From: Gemmatimonadaceae bacterium
GTDB taxonomy: Bacteria; Gemmatimonadota; Gemmatimonadetes; Gemmatimonadales; Gemmatimonadaceae
Length of the DNA: 64,000 nucleotides
Assembly: GCA_045803545.1 (NCBI GenBank)
Contig: JBJMOW010000005.1
Coordinates: 800,001-864,000 of the forward strand
Reading direction: 5' to 3'
Under the pieces are notes generated by a model. It had not been told where the DNA came from, did not search any database, and saw only the letters and a program-made list of their open reading frames with translations. The position numbers and the translations under genes were made by a program. Of this stretch, positions 36,435-46,101 are shown in pieces; position 1 is the stretch's first letter; each line of letters begins with the position of its first letter.

Positions 36435-38498
36435 CTAGAGCACGCTCCAGAAATCCCTGCCAACGTCGATCGAGAACGTCCATCGCCCCTGGCGTAGTCC
36501 ACGAGCGACGTCGAATCGCAGCACGTCGAAGACGGTCAGGGCGCCGAGGCCGAGGGCCGGGTACCAACCCTGGCGGTCCGTCTTGAATGTGGCGGACCTG
36601 TCAACCCACACCGCGGTCGCAAATGGAGCAAGTGTGATGGTGCCGGGGGTACGGCCGAACCGTCCCAGCGGAATCGGGACAAACGGGGCCAGGAAACGAT
36701 ACTCGATCCGCTGGCTAACTCCGCCCCGACCGACGAATTCATGGAATTCGTATCCGGGATCAGTCGTCGGCCCGCCGAAGTACACGAGATGCTGAGCCGG
36801 CGCCGCGTCGCTTCCGAAGATTGCGGCGGCCGTTGTGTGCCAAACGAACCGGCTCTCGCCAAAGGGCTTCTGGAGATCGAGCGTCAATGAGGGCCGCAGG
36901 AAATCTCCGCGGAACGAATCAGACGGGTTTTCCTGGCGAATTCCCGCGACGTCGAGATGTGCCGCCATCTCGAGCCCGCCCCACGTCAACGCGGTTGGAT
37001 GGTCGAGACCCATGGTCACTCGCGCTTCGTGCAGCTCGAGCGCGGGAATGGCGAGCTCGAAGCTGCCACTCGCGGGGGTTGCGTGTACCTGAAGCGGTTT
37101 GTGCTGCTCGTAGGCCAGATCGAAAGAAGGCCGCCACCCGAATCCCGCCAGCTCGCCGGAGAGTGAGACCGTTCGAGCGTCATACAGATCGGTGTAGTCG
37201 CTGCCAAATTCCTGTGCAGCAATGCTGTTTCTGACGAGCGACGTTTCCTGCTCATCGCTCACGTCGCGGTATTGTCGCTCCCCGGCGAGCGCGAGAAATG
37301 ACCCTGCACCGGTGCGGTATTCGAGGGCTGCCCGGCCCTTCCACTGCTTATCGCTGAAGCCATAGCGGCCTGAGGCTGCAACGGCGAATCCTGCACCGAG
37401 TCGCTGAATGAGCCCGGTACCCAGCGCGAGCCCCTCGATACGATTGAACCGCACCATATCCGACAGGTGGCGGGCAGACAGCGCGAAACTCCGGCTGCGC
37501 TGCAGCGCCTGACTACGCACCAATGCGCGAGCTTCCTCCTGCACCTTCTTTACATCGGCATCGGTGACGGCGCGAACGTCGGACGGAAGTGAGTCGAGAA
37601 CTTTGCCGACGAACGGATATGGCTTCTGCGCGCGCTCGGCGGGCGGCGCCATCACGATCTCAGGACCGTTGAAATAGGTGGCCGGAATACCCTGGTTGAT
37701 ATCGTAGCAGCAGATTTCCCAGCGGCCACGAATGATTCCGCGCGCCGGATAGTCGAGCCACGATCCGGTGCGCCTGATTTCGATCTCCTGCCTTCGCGGT
37801 AGCCAATAGCGGCCTTCGATCAGTGCGTTCTCGAGCACTACGGAGACATCTTCGAGATCCTTGTCGATCAGCGCCGCGCGCGTGAAGCTGAATGTCATCC
37901 TCACGACATCGCTTGATTCACGGTCGATGTAAACCGAGCCGACGGTGCGGGGCTGGCGATCATCCTTCGGCCTCACGCGCACCTCATAAACATCGAGCAC
38001 GCGATCGCCTAATCGGATCTGCAGCGAGTCGCGGATGGCAAAGTCGTAAACCTGCAACCCGGTTGGCGACAACGGATGAGGAACGTCCTTGACTTCATCA
38101 CCTTCGCCGATGCGGATGATATTGCGGAAGTTGTTCTGAACGATGCCGAGGTGATCGCGGTGATAATTGATGTCGGTAGGTAACAACAGTGTATCGCGGC
38201 GACCCATGATGCGCTGCTTGCTCAGATCGGGCGCGCGCCAGTAGACTTCCAAACCCAACTCGTCCGCCTTTACGATCTTCGGTGGCTCCGGAAAACCCTC
38301 TCCAAATTGCGCCAGGAAAGTGACATAACCGTGCGCCGTCGCCTTGTAGTCGACGAGCGTAGTGTCGGCGATCTGACTCGCTCTGCGCTCAGTGGCACGC
38401 GTAACGAGCGCGAGTGTCCGCGGATCGTTCCACGCCTGCTGTGCAATAAGCGTCTGGGAAAACATCACCAGCGCGACGCCAGGGCCGACCAGTCTCAT
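36435..38498 (-). CDS. hypothetical exported, probably outer-membrane protein
   Basis: Signal peptide; RFNRIEGLALG followed by amphipathic beta-strands, LRFDVARG near the C-terminus. Confidence 0.65.
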   Translation of the reverse strand: MRLVGPGVALVMFSQTLIAQQAWNDPRTLALVTRATERRASQIADTTLVDYKATAHGYVTFLAQFGEGFPEPPKIVKADELGLEVYWRAPDLSKQRIMGRRDTLLLPTDINYHRDHLGIVQNNFRNIIRIGEGDEVKDVPHPLSPTGLQVYDFAIRDSLQIRLGDRVLDVYEVRVRPKDDRQPRTVGSVYIDRESSDVVRMTFSFTRAALIDKDLEDVSVVLENALIEGRYWLPRRQEIEIRRTGSWLDYPARGIIRGRWEICCYDINQGIPATYFNGPEIVMAPPAERAQKPYPFVGKVLDSLPSDVRAVTDADVKKVQEEARALVRSQALQRSRSFALSARHLSDMVRFNRIEGLALGTGLIQRLGAGFAVAASGRYGFSDKQWKGRAALEYRTGAGSFLALAGERQYRDVSDEQETSLVRNSIAAQEFGSDYTDLYDARTVSLSGELAGFGWRPSFDLAYEQHKPLQVHATPASGSFELAIPALELHEARVTMGLDHPTALTWGGLEMAAHLDVAGIRQENPSDSFRGDFLRPSLTLDLQKPFGESRFVWHTTAAAIFGSDAAPAQHLVYFGGPTTDPGYEFHEFVGRGGVSQRIEYRFLAPFVPIPLGRFGRTPGTITLAPFATAVWVDRSATFKTDRQGWYPALGLGALTVFDVLRFDVARGLRQGRWTFSIDVGRDFWSVL

Positions 38499-38545
38499 GA
38501 GCGAAAGTTAGTCGCCAGATCAGACCGCCGGTCGGGCGTCTTTTC

Positions 38546-40036
38546 ATGAGCTTCGACGATTTCAAACAGCGGGCGCAAACCGCCACGCTGGTTCCGGTGT
38601 GGAAGGACTGCCTGCTCGACACCGACACGCCAGTGACAGCGTTCGCGAAGATCAAGAGAGGGCCGTTCGCTTTTTTGCTGGAATCCGCGCCCGCCGGCGG
38701 CGAGACGTGGTCGCGTTACACTTTCCTCGGCACCGAGCCGCGCGGCGCGTGGAGACTGAAAGACGGACTCGTCGAAGATTGGACCCCGAATCAGGGGTGG
38801 CACAATTCGCGACGCTCACCCGATCCGATCGCGGATTTGTCATCATTGATCAACGATGTCTGCCCCGCTGACGTCGCGGCACTCGGCCAGTTCTGGGGCG
38901 GAGCGATTGGGTATTTCAGCTACGACATCGTGCGCCTGATCGAGCGGCTTCCCAATCGCCCACCAAACGGCATCGCGGTGCCCGACGCTCTGTTCATCTT
39001 CACGCGATCGCTCGTTATTCTGGACAACCTGCATGGCCGCGCACGTCTCGTGATTTCCGTCCCGGTCAGCCAGGGCGCGAGCGAGCAAGAGCTGCGCGCC
39101 GCGTACGACGACGCCATCGGTGAGCTCGACGATCTATTGAAAAGACTGATGCAGACGGCTCCGATCAAGCCAATCGCGCCGGACTTTGCAGCGAAGCCAT
39201 CCGAGGGCCAGTCGAGCATGAGCCGCACGGAGTTCATGGCTGGGGTGGAACGGATCAAGGAATACATCCGCGCCGGCGATTGTTTTCAGGCACTTCTGGC
39301 GCGGCGCATCGAGGTGCCGGCTGATTTTGCGGCGATCGATCTTTATCGCGCCCTGCGCGCGATCAATCCATCTCCGTACATGTACCATCTCGTTCTCGAC
39401 GGCGTGGAAATTGTCGGTAGCTCGCCCGAGCTGCTGGTGCGCGTGTCCGACGGCAAAATCACTCTCCGGCCGATCGCGGGCACGCGTCCACGGGGTGTTA
39501 GCATCGAGGACGACCAGCGTCTATCGGACGAATTGCTCGCCGATGAGAAGGAGCGCGCCGAGCACGTGATGCTGGTCGATCTGGGCAGAAACGACGTCGG
39601 GCGAGTGGCGAAGTATGGGACAGTCAAAGTCACCGAGCTGATGAAAGTGGAGAAATATTCGCACGTGCTGCACATCGTCAGTCAGGTGGAGGCTGATCTG
39701 AACGACGGAATGTCCGCGCTCGATGTCTTCTCGGCGACGTTTCCAGCCGGAACAATGACGGGCGCTCCGAAGATTCGGGCGATGGAAATCATCGACGAGC
39801 TGGAGCCTGTTGCTCGCGGACCTTACGCGGGAGCACTCGGCTACATCGCGGCCGGTGGGAAGCGGATGGATCTCGCTATTACGATCCGTACGTGCGTGAT
39901 CAACGGCGGAAGTGCTACGGTCCAGGCCGGCGCGGGGATCGTCGCCGACTCGGTGCCAGAGCGCGAGTGGGACGAGACGACGAGCAAAGCCAAGGCGTTG
40001 CTGAGCGCGATCGCGGCTGTGCGCGGCAAATCCTGA
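38546..40036 (+). CDS. trpE: anthranilate synthase component I
   Basis: FLLES, NPSPYM, GSSPE, PIAGTRPRG, EHVMLVDLGRND, FPAGTMTGAPKIRAM. Confidence 0.93.
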   Translation: MSFDDFKQRAQTATLVPVWKDCLLDTDTPVTAFAKIKRGPFAFLLESAPAGGETWSRYTFLGTEPRGAWRLKDGLVEDWTPNQGWHNSRRSPDPIADLSSLINDVCPADVAALGQFWGGAIGYFSYDIVRLIERLPNRPPNGIAVPDALFIFTRSLVILDNLHGRARLVISVPVSQGASEQELRAAYDDAIGELDDLLKRLMQTAPIKPIAPDFAAKPSEGQSSMSRTEFMAGVERIKEYIRAGDCFQALLARRIEVPADFAAIDLYRALRAINPSPYMYHLVLDGVEIVGSSPELLVRVSDGKITLRPIAGTRPRGVSIEDDQRLSDELLADEKERAEHVMLVDLGRNDVGRVAKYGTVKVTELMKVEKYSHVLHIVSQVEADLNDGMSALDVFSATFPAGTMTGAPKIRAMEIIDELEPVARGPYAGALGYIAAGGKRMDLAITIRTCVINGGSATVQAGAGIVADSVPEREWDETTSKAKALLSAIAAVRGKS

Positions 40037-40037
40037 G

Positions 40038-40796
40038 ATGATCGTCGCGCTCAGCATTCCGTCGTATGAGCGATTCGAGATTAACGGCGCGCGGGCAGTC
40101 GTCGCCAAGAGCTGCGCCGCAAGTATACGCCAGGTGCTGGAGCGAGAAGCGCTATACGATTACGCCGCGCGGCAGGCTGACGCCGTGCCGCTCATTGGCA
40201 GAGCGCCGGTGTTTGCCGTCACACTGCCGGGAATCGGTGGACGGGCAGTGGTGCGCCACAACATGCGCGGTGGGTGGATGGCCAAGGTCTCGAAGGACTT
40301 GTTCTTCCTTCCAACGCGTGGGTTCCGCGAGCTAATCGCGTCGCTCCGACTGCGGGCGAGTGGCGTCAGTACGCCCGAGGTGCTGGCGTACATCTCCTAT
40401 CCGAAGAATCTGGTACTGCGACGAGCTGACGTCGCAACGCGTGAGATTCCCAATGGCCACGATCTGTCAGTCGCCCTGGCGAAGATCACCGACCACGCCC
40501 ATCGGAGAATGGTGCTCGATGCAGTCGTCGGACTGCTGCGAGCGCTGACCCAGGCAGGCGCGTATCATCAGGACCTCAATATCAAGAACATTCTGCTGAC
40601 GGCCGGCGACGGTCCTGGGCTGGACGCGCATGTCCTCGACGTCGACCGCGTGCGGTTCAGTGCCCCGAGCTCACCACTTGTCGCGCAGGCAAATCTGGAT
40701 CGCTTGATTCGATCGCTGCGCAAATGGCGGGATTTGCACGAGCTTCCTTTTTCGGCGGAAGACGAGGAATACCTGCGGCTGCGGAGCGTGGAGTGA
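40038..40796 (+). CDS. lipopolysaccharide (Kdo/WaaP/InaA family) kinase
   Basis: VVRHNMRGG, HQDLNIKNILL, VLDVDR, NLDRLIRSLRK. Confidence 0.82.
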   Translation: MIVALSIPSYERFEINGARAVVAKSCAASIRQVLEREALYDYAARQADAVPLIGRAPVFAVTLPGIGGRAVVRHNMRGGWMAKVSKDLFFLPTRGFRELIASLRLRASGVSTPEVLAYISYPKNLVLRRADVATREIPNGHDLSVALAKITDHAHRRMVLDAVVGLLRALTQAGAYHQDLNIKNILLTAGDGPGLDAHVLDVDRVRFSAPSSPLVAQANLDRLIRSLRKWRDLHELPFSAEDEEYLRLRSVE

Positions 40797-41842
40797 GCGC
40801 GCAAGCCGCGGCAGTTGTGCCCGACAACATTTGCATCGTGATGATGAGCGCTGTCGGAGACGCCGTGCACGTGCTGCCGGTGATCAACGCTCTCAAAAGA
40901 GTGAATCCCGGCGTACGTATCACCTGGATCCTCCAGCCAGGGCCAGCGACCCTCGTCCGGGGGCATCGCTCCGTCGACGAGATCATACTCTTCGATCGAA
41001 CGCGGGGCTTGCGCGCTTTCTCATCTGTTGCGCGAGAGCTGTCCCGCCGCCGCTTCGATCTGGTGATCAATCTCCAGGTTTATCTCAAAGCGGGCATAGT
41101 CACGGGCTTCACCAACGCACCGGACAAGCTCGGCTTCGATCGCGCCCGCGCCCGCGACATGAATTGGTTGTTCACCAATCGGAGAATCGCGAAGCGCGCA
41201 GTGCAGCACGTGCAGGATCAATACTTCGAGTTTCTAACGGCGCTCGGCGTCTCACCGGAGCCAGTCGAATGGGATCTTGGGCCCTGGCCGGACGAAAGGC
41301 CTTGGCAACAAAGCTTCGTCGAATCAGTCGACCGCCCGATAGCATCCATCGTCACTGCGACGAGCAAGCCCGAAAAGGACTGGCCCGCCGAACGCTGGGC
41401 CGAGGTTGCGGACGCGCTAAACGAGAACTTTGGGTTGCAGGTCGTGCTCGTCGGAGGACAGTCTGATCGTGAGCTGGAGGCGGAGCGTGTGATACTGACG
41501 CGCGCCCGACACAAGCCTCGCTCAGAACTTGGCAGCGGATTGCGCAAGCTTGTGTCTATACTCGATGCGTCATCGCTAGTGCTCTCCCCTGATACGGGTC
41601 CGTTGCACATCAGCGTGGCGCTCAATCGGCCGGTGATCAGCTTGATGGGCTACACGAATCCGAGGCGGACCGGCCCATACCGACGCTTCCAGGATCTGAT
41701 CATTGATGCCTATGGCGATCCGGGTGAGGAGTACGCGATCACGATGGAAAACAGGCCGGGCAGAATGAAGCGCATCCAGACGGGCGATGTGCTGGAGAAA
41801 GTCGAGGTTTGGCGCGATCGCTATCAGAAGAGCGGCAGATGA
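40793..41842 (+). CDS. glycosyltransferase family 9 (heptosyltransferase-like)
   Basis: SAVGDAVH, KDWPAERW, SPDTGPLHI; GTG start overlaps the upstream stop. Confidence 0.9.
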   Translation: MSAQAAAVVPDNICIVMMSAVGDAVHVLPVINALKRVNPGVRITWILQPGPATLVRGHRSVDEIILFDRTRGLRAFSSVARELSRRRFDLVINLQVYLKAGIVTGFTNAPDKLGFDRARARDMNWLFTNRRIAKRAVQHVQDQYFEFLTALGVSPEPVEWDLGPWPDERPWQQSFVESVDRPIASIVTATSKPEKDWPAERWAEVADALNENFGLQVVLVGGQSDRELEAERVILTRARHKPRSELGSGLRKLVSILDASSLVLSPDTGPLHISVALNRPVISLMGYTNPRRTGPYRRFQDLIIDAYGDPGEEYAITMENRPGRMKRIQTGDVLEKVEVWRDRYQKSGR

Positions 41843-42330
41843 CGCCGCGCAAATCGGAGGGGTCCAAGCCCAAAGGACCGGTGATCAAAATCCCGATCCG
41901 CGATCAGACTTCCGCGGGTGGTGTCGTGTTCCGGCGGGACGCCGATCGCGCAGAAGTCGTGATCGTAGCGGTGGGACCGAACAACCGCTGGCAGCTACCG
42001 AAAGGTCTGGTCGACAAGAATGAAAAGCCCGAGGTGACGGCGGTGCGTGAAGCGCGCGAGGAAGGCGGTGTCGACAGTGAAATCGTTTCGCACATTGACA
42101 CAATCGAATACTGGTACGCGGGCCTCGAGAATGGGATCAGAGTGCGATTCCACAAGCGCGTCCACTTCTATCTGATGCGATATCTGTCAGGCGAGACGAA
42201 GGACCATGACTGGGAGGTCAACGAGGCACGGTGGGTGCCGATCGAAGACGCGGCGGCGCAGCTCGAATTCGACAACGAGAAACGCGTCATGGAGCGCGCT
42301 GCCGAGTTGATCCGCGAGGAGCGGTCGTAG
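41839..42330 (+). CDS. NUDIX hydrolase
   Basis: LPKGLVDKNEKPEVTAVREAREEGG Nudix box. Confidence 0.9.
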   Translation: MTPRKSEGSKPKGPVIKIPIRDQTSAGGVVFRRDADRAEVVIVAVGPNNRWQLPKGLVDKNEKPEVTAVREAREEGGVDSEIVSHIDTIEYWYAGLENGIRVRFHKRVHFYLMRYLSGETKDHDWEVNEARWVPIEDAAAQLEFDNEKRVMERAAELIREERS

Positions 42331-42348
42331 ACTTCAGATCGGGGTGGG

Positions 42349-43254
42349 ATGGCAGCAAAATCAGGCCGCGCATTCATCGGTATCAGCGGCTACGAATACA
42401 AGCGATGGCGCGATCGCTTCTACCCCGCCGGGCTCCCCGCGCGCCGGTGGTTGGAGTACGCGAGTCGGTGCTTCAACTCGATCGAGATCAACGGGACCTT
42501 TTACAGCCTGAAGTCGCCGTCGGTATTCGAACGCTGGCGTAATGAAGTTCCACATCGGGATTTCGTGTTCGCGTTGAAGGGCGGTCAATTCATTACCCAT
42601 AATCTCAAGCTGCGCCGCTCGGAAGCGGCTCTGGGAAACTTCTTTGCCAGCGGAGTTCTCGCACTCGGCAGGCTCACGGGTCCGATCCTGTGGCAGCTCC
42701 CGGCCACGTACGGCTTCGACCTCGACCGGATGAACGACTTCATGGAGTTGCTGCCGCGCAATTCACGCCAGGTGGAAGAAGTTGCCAGCTGGCACGATCA
42801 CCGGCTAAAGCGTGGCTCGCTAACGGAACTCGTTGCGCCGTTGAAGCTGCGTCACTGCTTCGAAGTGCGACACCCATCGTACTTCTGCCCGAAATTCTAC
42901 GATTTGCTGCGACGGCACAGATGCGGATTCGTCATCGCCGACACCGCTGGAAGATTCCCGTATGCGGAAGAAGTCACCGCCGATTTCGTTTACGTCAGGC
43001 TCCACGGCTCGCGACAGCTGTATGTGAGCGGCTACACTGATCAAGAGCTAACTGTGTGGGCCGACCGAATTCGAGGCTGGACATCCGGCGAAATCGCCGG
43101 TCAGCCGCTCGATGTTTACGTCTACTTCGACAACGACGCGAAAGTCCACGCCCCGCATGACGCGCTCACGCTCACGGATTTCGTTCTGCAGCGGGGAGTC
43201 AACGTCCCGGGAAAGGGTCAACGACTCGCAATCTCCAGCTCACCAAAGGTGTAA
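42349..43254 (+). CDS. DUF72 family protein
   Basis: IGISGY.Y..W...FYP, IEINGTFY, FEVRHPS, YVRLHG, VYFDND. Confidence 0.92.
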   Translation: MAAKSGRAFIGISGYEYKRWRDRFYPAGLPARRWLEYASRCFNSIEINGTFYSLKSPSVFERWRNEVPHRDFVFALKGGQFITHNLKLRRSEAALGNFFASGVLALGRLTGPILWQLPATYGFDLDRMNDFMELLPRNSRQVEEVASWHDHRLKRGSLTELVAPLKLRHCFEVRHPSYFCPKFYDLLRRHRCGFVIADTAGRFPYAEEVTADFVYVRLHGSRQLYVSGYTDQELTVWADRIRGWTSGEIAGQPLDVYVYFDNDAKVHAPHDALTLTDFVLQRGVNVPGKGQRLAISSSPKV

Positions 43255-43817
43255 CGAACGCCCAGATCACGCAGCAGCATCACCAGGCGCGCTAGCGGTA
43301 GGCCCATTACGGCGAAATAGTCTCCGTTCACGCACTCGACAATCGTTGCACCGAAGCCTTGAATGCCGTACGCGCCCGCCTTGTCCATCGGCTCCCCGGT
43401 AGCGATGTAGGCATCGATCTCATCCGCGCGCAGGCGCCGGAATTTCACCTTCACCTCCTCGATCGCCGAGCGAAGCTTGCGACCGCGCGCGACCGCTACG
43501 GCGGTGATGACAGTGTGCTCCCGGCCGCTCAGCATCGAGAGCATCCGCCTCGCATCGTCAGCGTCGCGCGGCTTGCCGAGTACTTTGCGGTTGATCACGA
43601 CAATGGTGTCCGCAGCTATAGTGACGACCTGAGGCTCGCGACTCGCTATCACCGACGCCTTCTCCCGCGCCAGGCGCTCGGCGTGTCGGCGCGGCGCCTC
43701 GCGTGGTCGCATCGTCTCGTCGATGTTGGATGGCCTCACCTCGTGAGGGATTCCAATCAGCTCGAGGAGTTGGCGCCGGCGCGGAGAGCCGGACGCGAGA
43801 ATGACCTTCACACTCAT
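43218..43817 (-). CDS. maf: Maf family nucleotide pyrophosphatase
   Basis: LASGSPRR, ADTIV, GEPMDKAGAYGIQG, VMGLP. Confidence 0.95.
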   Translation of the reverse strand: MSVKVILASGSPRRRQLLELIGIPHEVRPSNIDETMRPREAPRRHAERLAREKASVIASREPQVVTIAADTIVVINRKVLGKPRDADDARRMLSMLSGREHTVITAVAVARGRKLRSAIEEVKVKFRRLRADEIDAYIATGEPMDKAGAYGIQGFGATIVECVNGDYFAVMGLPLARLVMLLRDLGVRYTFGELEIASR

Positions 43818-44251
43818 CGCTCCAGCCAGAGCGTCACTGGTCCGTCATTTACCAGCTCGACGTCCATCATTGCCCCGAACTCGCCGCTCTCGACCTGGAT
43901 GTTCTTCCCGGCGAGTGCTGCCTTGAACCGCTCGTAAAGAGGAATCGCCTCTTCCGGGCGCGCAGCGTCGATGAAGCTCGGTCGCTTTCCTTTTTCGGAG
44001 TTGCCGTAGAGTGTGAATTGCGATACGACGAGAACCGCACCACCGACTTCCGCGAGGCCCAGGTTCATCTTGCCTTCACTGTCGCCGAAGAGTCGGAGTC
44101 CCGAGCATTTGTCCGCCATCCAGTCGACCTTCTCGACGGTGTCGCCATGCGTAAAACCGACGAGGAGGAGAAAGCCCCGTCCGATCTTGCCCGCCGTACG
44201 ATCACCAATGCGGACTTCTGCCCGCGAGACCCGCTGCAGCAGGACTCTCAG
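43814..44251 (-). CDS. dtd: D-aminoacyl-tRNA deacylase (CTG start, 145 aa)
   Basis: (L/M)RVLLQRVSRAEV N-terminus read from CTG at 44251; SQFTL and NDGPVT motifs. Confidence 0.94.
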   Translation of the reverse strand: MRVLLQRVSRAEVRIGDRTAGKIGRGFLLLVGFTHGDTVEKVDWMADKCSGLRLFGDSEGKMNLGLAEVGGAVLVVSQFTLYGNSEKGKRPSFIDAARPEEAIPLYERFKAALAGKNIQVESGEFGAMMDVELVNDGPVTLWLER

Positions 44252-44254
44252 TAC

Positions 44255-46081
44255 CTACTCCACCGTCACTGACTTGGCGAGGTTCCGCGGCTGATCGACG
44301 TTGGTTCCGCGCTTGACCGCGATGTAGTAGGCGAGAAGCTGAAGCGGCACCGACGCCAGCACAGGCGACAGCATGTCTTTCGTCTCGGGAATTCGGAACT
44401 CGTAATCGAGCTTCCCTTCGAGCGCGTGTTCGTCGCGGGTGGTGATTGCAATCACTCGTCCACCGCGCGCTTTCACTTCCTGGACGTTGGACACGACCTT
44501 GTCGAAGACCGAGTCGTGCGGAGTGATGAACACCACCGGCATCTTCTCGTCGATCAGTGCAATCGGTCCGTGCTTCATCTCCGCTGCCGGATACCCCTCG
44601 GCGTGGATGTAGCTGATCTCCTTCAGTTTCAGAGCGCCCTCGAGCGCAGTCGGGAAACTGTAGCCGCGGCCGAGATAGAGGAAGTTTTGCGCGTTCTTGA
44701 ACTCCTCGGCGATCTTCTCGATCTCGGGAGCGCGGTCGAGAATGTCTTTGATCTTCGCAGGCAGCGCCTGCATTTCCTCGATGATCGCCTTGCCGTCAAC
44801 CATCGATAGCGCGCGCAGCCGAGCGAGTTTGAGCGAGAACAACATCAGCGCGATGATCTGGCTGGTGAACGCCTTGGTCGAGGCCACTCCGATCTCGGGG
44901 CCAGCGTGCACGTAGATGCCACCGTCGCTCTCGCGCGCGATCGTCGAACCGACGACGTTCACGATACCGTAGGTTCTTGCGCCACGCGCTTTAGCCTCGC
45001 GCATCGCGGCGAGAGTGTCGGCAGTTTCGCCAGACTGCGAAATCACGATACAGAGCGTTCTGTCGGTGACGATCGGGTTTCTGTAACGCAGCTCCGATGC
45101 GTACTCGACCTCGACGGGGATGCGCGCAAGGGTCTCCAGCATGTGCTCGCCGATGAGCGCGGAGTGCCAACTCGTGCCGCATGCAGTAATGAGAACGTTG
45201 TCGAAGCGCAGCATCTCTTCATCGGTCATGTTGAGACCGCCCAGCTTCGACGTTCCCTGCTCAGGCAACAGACGGCCGCGCATGCAGTTCTCGACCGTCG
45301 CCGGCTGCTCGAAGATCTCCTTCAGCATGAAGTGGTCGAAGCCACCACGCTCTATCTGATCCAGATCCCAATCGATCTTGCTGACCCGCCGCTCCAGTTG
45401 CTGCGCGCGCTGATTGAGAACCGTGTAGCCTTCGCGTGTCAGAACCGCGACGTCACCGTCGTCGAGGTATACGACTTCGCGGGTGTGGGCGAGGATCGCG
45501 GAAACATCGCTGGCGACGTAGTACTCGCCGTTGCCCAACCCGATCAGGAGCGGACTTCCCTTTCTCGCAGCAACGATCTTGTCCGGATCGAGACTCGATA
45601 CGACAGCAATGCCATAGGTGCCTTCGATCTGCCACAGCGCCTCGATCACTGCGTCCTCGAGGTTTCCGTCGAACGCCTCTTCGATGAGATGTGCAATGAC
45701 CTCTGTATCGGTCTCTGAGGCGAACTTGTGGCCGCGCACCTGCAGCCCCTGCTTCAGCGTGCCGGAGTTTTCGATGATGCCGTTGTGAACGACGGCGATC
45801 TCTCCTTTGCAGTCAGTGTGTGGATGGGCGTTGCATTCATTTGGCACGCCGTGCGTCGCCCAGCGCGTATGACCAATGCCGGTGTCACCGTGAACCGGGC
45901 TGGCCGTCAGTGCCCGCTCCAACTGTGAGATTTTGCCAGCTGCCTTTCGCGTCTCGACACCGTTGCCGTTCATGACCGCCACGCCCGCCGAGTCGTAGCC
46001 GCGGTATTCCATCCGCTTCAGGCCTTCGATCAAAAGGGTCGGCGCCGAGCGACTGCCGATGTACCCGATAATGCCACACAT
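44255..46081 (-). CDS. glmS: glutamine-fructose-6-phosphate transaminase
   Basis: MCGIIG, GHTRWATHG, SQSGETADT, QPRNLAKSVTVE. Confidence 0.99.
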   Translation of the reverse strand: MCGIIGYIGSRSAPTLLIEGLKRMEYRGYDSAGVAVMNGNGVETRKAAGKISQLERALTASPVHGDTGIGHTRWATHGVPNECNAHPHTDCKGEIAVVHNGIIENSGTLKQGLQVRGHKFASETDTEVIAHLIEEAFDGNLEDAVIEALWQIEGTYGIAVVSSLDPDKIVAARKGSPLLIGLGNGEYYVASDVSAILAHTREVVYLDDGDVAVLTREGYTVLNQRAQQLERRVSKIDWDLDQIERGGFDHFMLKEIFEQPATVENCMRGRLLPEQGTSKLGGLNMTDEEMLRFDNVLITACGTSWHSALIGEHMLETLARIPVEVEYASELRYRNPIVTDRTLCIVISQSGETADTLAAMREAKARGARTYGIVNVVGSTIARESDGGIYVHAGPEIGVASTKAFTSQIIALMLFSLKLARLRALSMVDGKAIIEEMQALPAKIKDILDRAPEIEKIAEEFKNAQNFLYLGRGYSFPTALEGALKLKEISYIHAEGYPAAEMKHGPIALIDEKMPVVFITPHDSVFDKVVSNVQEVKARGGRVIAITTRDEHALEGKLDYEFRIPETKDMLSPVLASVPLQLLAYYIAVKRGTNVDQPRNLAKSVTVE

Positions 46082-46101
46082 ATTTGCTTTGGTTGACTGT
46101 T

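Noticed and set aside
46082..46101. glmS ribozyme
   Set aside because: Only 20 nt separate glmM and glmS, too short for the element.
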